A DNA stretch of 64,000 bases from Gemmatimonadales bacterium (GTDB lineage Bacteria; Gemmatimonadota; Gemmatimonadetes; Gemmatimonadales; GWC2-71-9), in assembly GCA_035278885.1 (NCBI GenBank), contig DATEIR010000127.1, positions 19,728 through 83,727 of the forward strand, read 5' to 3'. Position numbers and translations under genes: made by a program. Under the pieces are notes generated by a model. That model was given only the letters and a program-made list of their open reading frames with translations, ran no database searches and was not told where the DNA came from. Below are positions 46,852-54,865 of this stretch, piece after piece (within the stretch, counting starts at the first letter, position 1; each line of letters opens with the position of its first letter).

Positions 46852-49235
46852 TCGCTCCTCAGTGCCTGCATGGGGTCGATGCGGGTGGCGCGCCAGGCCG
46901 GCACCACGCTGGCCAGGAGCGCGACCGCGGCCAGCAGCAGCACGACCGCGGACAGGATGGCGGGATCGGTCGCGGTCACCTGATAGAGCAGCCCGCGCAG
47001 CAGGCGCCCCGCGGCCAGCGCGCCGACCAGGCCGAGTCCGATCCCGGCCAGCGCCAGCACGGCGCCCTGGCGGAGCACCTGATGCAGGATCCGCCGCGGC
47101 GTCGCGCCGAGTGCCGCGCGGATGCCGAGCTCCCGGGTGCGCTCGGTCACGGCGAAGCTGAGCACGCCGTAGACCCCGATGCTCGCCAGCAGCAGCGCGA
47201 GGAGGGCGAAGACGGCGAGCAGCGCGGAGGTGAAGCGCGGCCGCGCCAGCGAATCCGCCAGCGACACCGCCAGCGGCTCCACGCCGGAGAGCGCCACCGC
47301 GGCATCGACGCTCTGCATCGCCGAGCGCACCGGGCCCGCGAGGGCGGCGGGATCGCGGCCGGTCGCCACCAGCAGCGTCGCGGCGCCGATGGGCGACTGG
47401 GCCAGCGCCGGATAGAGCGCCGGCGGCGCCGCCTCGGCGACCCCATGGAAACGCTCGTCGCCCACGATCCCCACCACCGTCCGCTCGCGTCCCCAGAAGG
47501 TGATCCGGGCTCCCAGCGCGTCGCCGCGGGGGAAGAACCGCCGCACCGCGGCCTGGTTCAGCAGGATCGCGTCGGGCGCGTCGGCCGCGTCCCGCGCGTC
47601 CAGCAGGCGCCCCTGCACCAGGGGAACACCGACGACGCCGAAGTACTCCGGGCTCACCGTCCGGATCGCGATCTCGGGCTGCTCGGCATATTCGTTCTCT
47701 CGCCCGACGATGACGAAGCTGTTGGTGAACCCGTGCGCGAGCGGGTGATTCCCGTCGAGCGCGGCGGCGCGCACGCCGGGAATGCCGCGCAGTCGCTCCA
47801 GCAGCCGGGCGTAGAACGCCGACACCTCGGGCCACACCGGGTATTGGTCGAACCGCTGCGGATAGCGTGAGGCCGGCAGCGTGAACCCGGCCGTGAGGAC
47901 CTGCTCGGTGCGGAAGCCGGGATCGGTGGCCCGGAGCCGGGCGAAGCTGCGGAGCAGAAGTCCGGCGCCCGCGACCAGGACGACCGCGAGGGCGAGCTGG
48001 GCCACCACCAGCGCCTGCCGCAGACGCCGGCGCGCCGGGCCCGCCGACATTCCGCGGCCGCCGCCGTGTAGCGCGATGGCCGGGTCGATGCCGCGACTCT
48101 GCAGCAGCGGCAGCGCGCCGAAGGCGAGGCCGGTGGCGAGCGCCACGGCCAGCGTGGCCGCCAGCACACCGCCGTCGATCCGCACCTGATCGAGGCGGGG
48201 AATGTCCGCCGGCGCGAGTCCGAGCAGCAGGTCGACGCCCCAGGTGGCGACCAGCAACCCGAGCGCGGCGCCCGCCAGCGCAACCAGCAGCCCTTCCACC
48301 AGGAATTCCCGCGCCAGCCGGATCCCGGATGCGCCGAGCGCGCGGCGCACCGCCAGGTCACCCGCGCGAGTCCAGGCCCGGGCGAGCAGCAGGTTCGCCA
48401 CGTTGACGCAGGCCACGAGGAGCAGCAGTCCCACGGCGCCCAGCACCAGCCACAGCGCGGGACGCACCGCGCCGACCGTGACATCCATGGCGCGCTCGAC
48501 GACCATGCCCCGGCCGCGGTTGTCGGCGGGGAAGTCCGCTTCGAGCCTGGCGGCCAATGCGGCCGCGTCCGCGCCGGCACTGCCCAGCGAGGCATCCGGG
48601 GCGAGCCGGCCGAGCACGCGGACGTTGTGCAGGCTGCGGGGCTGCGAGGTGGGACCGAGCTGGAGCGGGAGCCAGACCTGACTTCCCTCCCCCGGCAGCT
48701 CGGCGGCGGCCGACGCGACTCCCACCACGACGTAGGGCTCGCCGTCGAGCTGGACCGTGCGTCCGACCACGCCCGGATCGGCGGCGAAGCGCCGGCGCCA
48801 GAGCGCCTCGCCCAGCAGCGCCACCCGCGGGCCGCCCGGCTGATCTTCCGCCGCGGCGAACACCCGTCCGCGAAGCGGCTCGACGCCCAGCAGCCCGAAG
48901 TATCCCGCGCTCACCGCGGTCACTACGATCTGCTCGGGCTCCCCTTCGTCCCCCGAGAGCGAGTACGGCCGGCTGGCGAACCCCGCCAGGGCGGAGAAGG
49001 CGCGGGTGCGGGCGCGAAGGTCGTAGTAGTCGGGGATCGAGAACGGCTCCCGCGTGGTGCCGCTGATCCGGTCGAACTCGGACACCAGCACCACCCGGTC
49101 GGGCGCCGCGAAGGGCAGCGGCCGCAGGAGCACGCCGTGGACGACGCTGTAGAGCGCGGTGTTGGCGCCGATCGCGAGCGCCAGCGTCAGGACCACCGCG
49201 ACGAGCACGCCGCTGCGCCAGGGGGCTCGAATCAT
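46848..49235 (-). CDS. ADOP-type duplicated MacB/FtsX permease, paralog P3 (795 aa, short N-terminus)
   Basis: Same architecture, but it begins MIRAPWRSGVLVAVVLTLALAIGAN and lacks the DLR(Y/F)ALR motif. The ATG at 49235 overlaps the P4 stop (ATGA). Confidence 0.85.
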   Translation of the reverse strand: MIRAPWRSGVLVAVVLTLALAIGANTALYSVVHGVLLRPLPFAAPDRVVLVSEFDRISGTTREPFSIPDYYDLRARTRAFSALAGFASRPYSLSGDEGEPEQIVVTAVSAGYFGLLGVEPLRGRVFAAAEDQPGGPRVALLGEALWRRRFAADPGVVGRTVQLDGEPYVVVGVASAAAELPGEGSQVWLPLQLGPTSQPRSLHNVRVLGRLAPDASLGSAGADAAALAARLEADFPADNRGRGMVVERAMDVTVGAVRPALWLVLGAVGLLLLVACVNVANLLLARAWTRAGDLAVRRALGASGIRLAREFLVEGLLVALAGAALGLLVATWGVDLLLGLAPADIPRLDQVRIDGGVLAATLAVALATGLAFGALPLLQSRGIDPAIALHGGGRGMSAGPARRRLRQALVVAQLALAVVLVAGAGLLLRSFARLRATDPGFRTEQVLTAGFTLPASRYPQRFDQYPVWPEVSAFYARLLERLRGIPGVRAAALDGNHPLAHGFTNSFVIVGRENEYAEQPEIAIRTVSPEYFGVVGVPLVQGRLLDARDAADAPDAILLNQAAVRRFFPRGDALGARITFWGRERTVVGIVGDERFHGVAEAAPPALYPALAQSPIGAATLLVATGRDPAALAGPVRSAMQSVDAAVALSGVEPLAVSLADSLARPRFTSALLAVFALLALLLASIGVYGVLSFAVTERTRELGIRAALGATPRRILHQVLRQGAVLALAGIGLGLVGALAAGRLLRGLLYQVTATDPAILSAVVLLLAAVALLASVVPAWRATRIDPMQALRSE

Positions 49236-51694
49236 TCGGACCTCAGTGCCTCCACCGGATCGGTGCGGGTGGCCCGGAGCGCCGGCACCAGCGCGGCGAA
49301 GGCGGCGACGCCGAGCAGGGCGAGCGCCGTGCCGGCATAGGTCAGGGGGTCGGTGGGCGCGACCTGAAACAGGAGACCGGTGAGGACTCGGCTCGCGGCC
49401 AGCGCGCCGGCCACCCCGAGCGCCACGCCGGCGGCCGCGAGCCACACACCCTGCCGCATCACCAGACCGAGGATCTCGCGCGGGAGCGCGCCGAGGGCGA
49501 TCCGGATCCCGATCTCGCGGGTCCGCTGCACCACGAGATGGGCCATGACGCCGTACACGCCGACCGCGCCGAGCGTGAGCGCCAGGGCGGCGAACGCCGC
49601 GACCAGGATCATCGTGAGCCGCCGTTCCGCGGCCCAGTTTCCCAGCGCCTCGTCCATGGTCTGCATGTCCACCAGCGGCACCGCCGGATCGAGTCCCGCC
49701 AGCGTGCTGCGGAACGCGCCCGCGAGCGCGGCGGGGTCGCCGGTGGCGCGGAGGACCATCCGCATGGTCCGCTGCGGGGTGCCGGTGCCCGCGGGGAACT
49801 GCGCGTGCGGGAGGTACATCTCCGGGCGCGGCTGGGCGGTGAGCCCGCGGTGGCGCACGTCGCCCACGATGCCGACGACGGTGCGCCAGACCGAGTCCAC
49901 GCCTCCGCCGCCGAGCAGGATGCGCTGCCCGATCGGATCCTGCCCCGGCCAGGCCAGCCGTGCCAGGGTCCGGTTCACCACGACGACCTGACTCGCGTCG
50001 CTCCGATCCTGCTCCTCGATCGGCCGTCCCTGCAGGACCGGAATGCGGAGCGTCTCGAAGTATCCCGGCGTCAGCGACTGCCAGTCGGCGGCGATCCGGT
50101 CTGCCGGCGTCGGCGGGTTCGCGTGCCGTCCCTCGACGATGAACGACCAGTCGCCGATCTCCAGCCGGCCGGTCATCGGCAGCGCGCGCGCCGCGGCTGC
50201 CGACCGAACCCCCGGCAGGGCCTCGAGCCGGCGCACCAGCTCCTCGTAGAAGGCTCGGATCTTGGCCGGCGTGTCGTACCGGACGGCCGAGAGCTCGACT
50301 TCGGCCGTGAGCAGGCGCGAGGGATCGAATCCGGGGTCCACGCCGCGGATGCGCACGAAGCTCCGGATCAGAAGCCCGGCCGAGGTCACCAGCATGAGGG
50401 CGAGCGCGATCTGGCCGATCACCAATCCGCGGCGGAACCGCTGCCGGCCCGCCGAGCTTCCGGTCCGGCCACCTTCGGCCAGGGCGGCCGTCAGGTCGGG
50501 ACGCGCGGCCTGGAGGGCGGGCACCAGTCCGAACAGGATGCCGGTCACCATACTCACCGCCAGGGTGAACCCGAGCACCCAGCCGTCGGTGCGGACGGCG
50601 TCGAGTCGCGGCAGCGTGGGCGGAGCCGCGGCCACGAGGCCGCGGACGCCCCAATCGGCGAGCAGTGCGCCGATCACCCCACCCGCCAATGCCAGCATCA
50701 CGCTCTCGGTCAGGAGCTGGCGCACCAGACTGCCGGTGCCCGCGCCGAGGGCCGTGCGCACGGCGATCTCGCGCTGCCGAGCCTCCGCCCTCGCGAGCAG
50801 CAGGCCGGCCACGTTGGCGCAGGCGATGAGCAGCAGCAGGCCGACGGCGCCGAGCAGGACCAGGATCGCGGGTCGGATCTCGCCCACCAGGTCATCGGCG
50901 GCGATGACGGCGAAGCCGCCGAAGGCCGGCTTGTATTCGCCGGGATAGGTCTCCAGCATCCGGCGGGCAAGCGCGCCCACCTCGAGACTCGCGGCGGCGA
51001 TGTCCACGCCCGGCCGCAGGCGGCCGAGGACGGTGACCCAGTGCCAGCCCCGCTCGGAACGGTCGATCGCGGGGTCGAGCTGCACCGGGGCCCAGATCTC
51101 GGCGCCGGGGCCGGCATAGTGGGTCGGCAGCTGGAACCCGCGGGGCATCACCCCGATGATCGTGGCCGGTTGATCGTCCAGGGTGACGCTGCGCCCGATG
51201 ACCGAGGGGTCGGCCCCGAAACGACTCCGCCAGAGGCCGTCGCCGAGCAGGACCACCACCGGCGCGCCGGGCCGATCGTCGTCGGGCGTGAACGCCCGCC
51301 CCTGAGCCGGGGCGACGCCAAGGAGCGGGAGGGCGTCGGCGCTCATGAACCCGGCCCGCAGGCGGTCGGGCTCGCCGCTTCCGGTCAGGGTCAGCGACCC
51401 GTCGGTATACGCGGCGAGCCGGCTGAACGAGCGGTTCTGCTCCCGCAGGTCCCAGTACTCCGGCTGGCTCAGCTCGCCGTGGGGATTCCCCGGCCAACGG
51501 ACCCAGATGGTGGCGATCTCGCCGGGTCGCTGGTACGGGAGCGGCCGCAGCAGCACGCCGTTCACCACGCTGAAGATCGCGCTGTTGGCCCCGATGCCGA
51601 GCGCGAGCGTGAGCACGACGACGGCGGTGAACCCCGGCCGCCGGAGGAGACCGCGGAGGGCGAAGCGGAGGTCGTGCCGCAGACGGTCCATCAT
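49232..51694 (-). CDS. ADOP-type duplicated MacB/FtsX permease, paralog P4 (820 aa)
   Basis: MMDRLRHDLRFALRGLLRRPGFT... with two FtsX blocks. ATGA overlap with the P5 stop. Confidence 0.9.
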   Translation of the reverse strand: MMDRLRHDLRFALRGLLRRPGFTAVVVLTLALGIGANSAIFSVVNGVLLRPLPYQRPGEIATIWVRWPGNPHGELSQPEYWDLREQNRSFSRLAAYTDGSLTLTGSGEPDRLRAGFMSADALPLLGVAPAQGRAFTPDDDRPGAPVVVLLGDGLWRSRFGADPSVIGRSVTLDDQPATIIGVMPRGFQLPTHYAGPGAEIWAPVQLDPAIDRSERGWHWVTVLGRLRPGVDIAAASLEVGALARRMLETYPGEYKPAFGGFAVIAADDLVGEIRPAILVLLGAVGLLLLIACANVAGLLLARAEARQREIAVRTALGAGTGSLVRQLLTESVMLALAGGVIGALLADWGVRGLVAAAPPTLPRLDAVRTDGWVLGFTLAVSMVTGILFGLVPALQAARPDLTAALAEGGRTGSSAGRQRFRRGLVIGQIALALMLVTSAGLLIRSFVRIRGVDPGFDPSRLLTAEVELSAVRYDTPAKIRAFYEELVRRLEALPGVRSAAAARALPMTGRLEIGDWSFIVEGRHANPPTPADRIAADWQSLTPGYFETLRIPVLQGRPIEEQDRSDASQVVVVNRTLARLAWPGQDPIGQRILLGGGGVDSVWRTVVGIVGDVRHRGLTAQPRPEMYLPHAQFPAGTGTPQRTMRMVLRATGDPAALAGAFRSTLAGLDPAVPLVDMQTMDEALGNWAAERRLTMILVAAFAALALTLGAVGVYGVMAHLVVQRTREIGIRIALGALPREILGLVMRQGVWLAAAGVALGVAGALAASRVLTGLLFQVAPTDPLTYAGTALALLGVAAFAALVPALRATRTDPVEALRSE

Positions 51695-54156
51695 TCGCTC
51701 CGGAGCGAAATCATGGGATCCACCCGGGTCGCCCGTCGGGCCGGGACCCAGGTGGCCGCGAAGGCGACCGCACCCAGCAACGCGGCGACGGCCGCGTAGG
51801 TGAACGGATCGCGAGCCGAGATGCCGTAGAGCTGTCCCGCGAGGACGCGGCTCAACGCCCAGGCGCCGAGCAAGCCGATCGCCAGGCCCAGGAGCACGAG
51901 TCGCATGCCCTGGCGCAGCACCAGGCGGAGCACGTCGGGCGTGGCCGCGCCGAGCGCCATGCGGATGCCGATCTCGTGCCGGCGCTGGCTGGTGCTGTAG
52001 GCCATCACGCCGTAGATGCCGAGGCTCGAGAGCAGAAGGGCGATGGCCGCGAAGAGGGTCAGCAGCAGCAGCGAAAACCGCCGCTCGGCCTCGGCGTTGG
52101 CCAGGAGGCGCTCCATGGATGTCACCCCGAACACCGGCTGGGTGGGATCCACCGAGCGGATCGCCCCCACGATCCTGCCGGCCAGCGCGTCCGGGTCACC
52201 CGCGGTGCGCGCGATGACCGACATCTGTTGTCCCGCGAGCAGCCGGTAGGACACGTAGAACTCCGGCAGCGGCGGCTGGTCGGGCGCACCCTGGCGGACG
52301 TCGTTCACCACCCCGACGATCGTGACCCACGGTCCGCCGTTGCCCAGCTGCAGCTGAATCCGCTGGCCCACCGGACTTTGGCCTTTCCATTCGCGCTCGG
52401 CCAGGGTGCGGTTCACCATGGCGTAGGTGGACGAAAGCGAGTCCACCCCGTCGGGCATCGGTTCGCCCTGGAGCACCGGGATCGCCATCGTGCGGAAGTA
52501 GTCGGGGCTCACCAGCCGTATCTCCGCCGCCGGCAGCAGCTGCGCATCGGCCACCGGGCGTCCCTCGATCTTGAAGCGGGCGTCGTTCCGCCCGCTGTAG
52601 GGCAGCCGGGAGACCAGCGCCGCGCCGGTCACGCCGGGCACCTGGCGGACCGCCGCGAGCGCGCGATCGTAGAACCCGACCCGCTGCTGCTGGGTGAAGT
52701 AGCGGCCGGTGGCGTTGTCGTTCGGCACCGGCAGCCATACCTGCATCGTGAGCAGCCGCCGGGGGTCGAACCCGGGGTCCACCGCCACCAGCTGCTGGAA
52801 GCTCCGGAGCAGGAGCCCGGCTCCGGCGAGGAGCACCAGCGCGACCGCGACCTCGGCCACGACCAGCACCGCGCGCATCCGGGTGCGAGCTCCGCCGGCG
52901 CTGCCCTTGGCCGAATCCTTGAGCACGTCCTGCAGGTCGGGCCGCGACGCCTGCAAGGCCGGGAAGAGCCCGAAGGCGATCCCGGTGACCAGAATGAGCA
53001 CCGCGGTGAAGCCGAGCACGGCGCCGTCGATGCCGATCTCCCGGGCCCGCGGGAGGTAGAGCGCGGCCAGCCGGCCGAGCGCGCTGGTCCCCCAGACGGC
53101 CAGGAGGAGGCCCAGCGCGCCGCCCAGCGCGGCGAGGACGAGGCTCTCGGTCAGGAGCTGGCGCATCAGGCGGAGCCGGTCTCCGCCCAGGGCCGTACGG
53201 ATGGCGATCTCTCTGCCCCGTCCCGTGGCCCGCGCGAGCATGAGGTTCGCGACGTTGGCGCAGCCGATGAGGAGGACGAACGCCACCGCGCCGAGCAGCA
53301 CCAGCAGCGCCGGTCGCACGTTGCCCACCACCCGTTCGGCGAGCGGCAGCGCCGCCGCCCGCCAGCCGAGCGCGGCGGGATAGACCTCGGGGTAGCGGGC
53401 CTCCAGCCGATGCGAGAGCGCGTCGAGCTGCGATTGCGCCTCGGCCACCGTGGCGCTCGGCTTGAGACGACCGATCACCTCGAACACCCGGGCCCGGCGG
53501 TCGCCGAAGAACTGGGGATCGGAGTTGGCCAGCTCGATGGGGGCCCACACCTCCATCGGTGAGGCCCCGCTCTCCAGCGGGTGACGGAAGCCGCGCGGCA
53601 TCACACCGATGATCGTCATCGGGTCGTCGTCCAGCCGCACCGTCTTGCCGATCACCGACCGGTCGCCGCCGAAGCGGCGCTGGAAGAGATCCCAGGAGAT
53701 GATCGCCACGTAGCCGATCCGTCCCTGGTCGTCGTCCGGGGTGAAGTCCCGTCCCACGGCCGGGGCGGTGCCGAGCACCTGGAAGTAGTTGCTGCTCACC
53801 ACGGCGGCCTGAATCCGCTCGGGGTCGCCCCGCTCGGTGAGATTGATGCTGATCGGGTAGGCGGCGGCGACATCGGCCAGGGCCGGCACTTCGTGCCGGA
53901 AATCCTGATATTCGGGGGCCGAATTCCGCACGTCGTCGAGTCCGCGCACCTCGACCACGCCGCGCAGCGCCACCAGCTGGGCCGGATCGCGGTAGGCCAG
54001 CGGCCGGAGCAGCACCGCGTTCACCACGCTGAAGATCGCGGTGTTGGCCCCGATGCCGAGGGCCAGGGTAGCGACGGTGATGGCGGTGAAGCCGGGGCTC
54101 CGCCAGAGACCGCGAGCCGCGAAGCGCAGGTCCCGCCCGATCGCATCCAGCATCAC
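51691..54156 (-). CDS. ADOP-type duplicated MacB/FtsX permease, paralog P5 (821 aa)
   Basis: MMLDAIGRDLRFAARGLWRSPGFT... with two FtsX blocks. Its start overlaps the A2 stop by 4 nt. Confidence 0.9.
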   Translation of the reverse strand: MMLDAIGRDLRFAARGLWRSPGFTAITVATLALGIGANTAIFSVVNAVLLRPLAYRDPAQLVALRGVVEVRGLDDVRNSAPEYQDFRHEVPALADVAAAYPISINLTERGDPERIQAAVVSSNYFQVLGTAPAVGRDFTPDDDQGRIGYVAIISWDLFQRRFGGDRSVIGKTVRLDDDPMTIIGVMPRGFRHPLESGASPMEVWAPIELANSDPQFFGDRRARVFEVIGRLKPSATVAEAQSQLDALSHRLEARYPEVYPAALGWRAAALPLAERVVGNVRPALLVLLGAVAFVLLIGCANVANLMLARATGRGREIAIRTALGGDRLRLMRQLLTESLVLAALGGALGLLLAVWGTSALGRLAALYLPRAREIGIDGAVLGFTAVLILVTGIAFGLFPALQASRPDLQDVLKDSAKGSAGGARTRMRAVLVVAEVAVALVLLAGAGLLLRSFQQLVAVDPGFDPRRLLTMQVWLPVPNDNATGRYFTQQQRVGFYDRALAAVRQVPGVTGAALVSRLPYSGRNDARFKIEGRPVADAQLLPAAEIRLVSPDYFRTMAIPVLQGEPMPDGVDSLSSTYAMVNRTLAEREWKGQSPVGQRIQLQLGNGGPWVTIVGVVNDVRQGAPDQPPLPEFYVSYRLLAGQQMSVIARTAGDPDALAGRIVGAIRSVDPTQPVFGVTSMERLLANAEAERRFSLLLLTLFAAIALLLSSLGIYGVMAYSTSQRRHEIGIRMALGAATPDVLRLVLRQGMRLVLLGLAIGLLGAWALSRVLAGQLYGISARDPFTYAAVAALLGAVAFAATWVPARRATRVDPMISLRSE

Positions 54157-54863
54157 GCCACCTCCAGGTTGAGACTCCCCCGCTCCGCCAAGCGCCCGTC
54201 GAACAGGTGCACCGTCCGGCGGACCTGGGCGAGATAGCGGGAGTCGTGGGTCACCATCACGATCGTGGCGCCGCCGGCGTGGAGCTCGCCGAGGAGATCC
54301 ATCACCTGCGCGCCGTTCTGGCTGTCGAGATTGCCGGTCGGCTCGTCGGCGAGGAGAACCAGCGGCGTGCCGGCCACCGCGCGGGCCACCGCCACGCGCT
54401 GCTGATGGCCGCCGGAGAGCTGGGCCGGGAAATGATGGATCCGGTGCAGCAGCCCCACCCGCTCCAGCGCCTGGTGCACGGCGGCCCGCCGCTCGTCATG
54501 CGGCACGCCCCGGTACTTGAGCGGCAGCTCAACGTTCTGGAACACGTTGAGGTCGCCGATGAGGTTGAAGGCCTGGAAGATGAAGCCCACGGCCCGGCTC
54601 CGGACCCGGGCCCGCTGCGCCGAGGAGAGGGTCGCCACCGGCTCGCCGGCGAGGACGTAGCTCCCTTCGCTGGGTGAATCGAGCAGGCCGAGTAGCGAGA
54701 GCAACGTGGTCTTGCCGCAGCCGGACGGTCCGGCGATCGCGACGTACTCCCCGGCCCGGATGTCGAGATCGATCCGTGAGAGGGCGTGGGTCTCCACGTC
54801 TTCCGTGTGGAAGATCTTGGAGATCCCCCGCAGCCGGATCAGCGGGTCGAAGGCGAGGGCCAT
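54153..54863 (-). CDS. ABC ATPase, MacB/LolD type (A2)
   Basis: [34 protein letters not shown]. The ATG at 54863 was verified and lies 2 nt after the P6 stop. It is a close paralog of A3. The listed 703-aa ORF is an extension. Confidence 0.9.
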   Translation of the reverse strand: MALAFDPLIRLRGISKIFHTEDVETHALSRIDLDIRAGEYVAIAGPSGCGKTTLLSLLGLLDSPSEGSYVLAGEPVATLSSAQRARVRSRAVGFIFQAFNLIGDLNVFQNVELPLKYRGVPHDERRAAVHQALERVGLLHRIHHFPAQLSGGHQQRVAVARAVAGTPLVLLADEPTGNLDSQNGAQVMDLLGELHAGGATIVMVTHDSRYLAQVRRTVHLFDGRLAERGSLNLEVA

Positions 54864-54865
54864 GG

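Noticed and set aside
41960-50654. N-terminal extensions of the listed permease ORFs (1004, 1139 and 1268 aa). The same applies to 54153-56264, 20851-22179, 34199-35977, 2955-3932, 12700-13113 and 14866-17877.
   Set aside because: Each extension runs out of frame across the preceding gene and is compositionally non-coding. Internal ATG/GTG starts reproduce the family-typical N-termini and give ATGA/GTGA coupling with the upstream stop.
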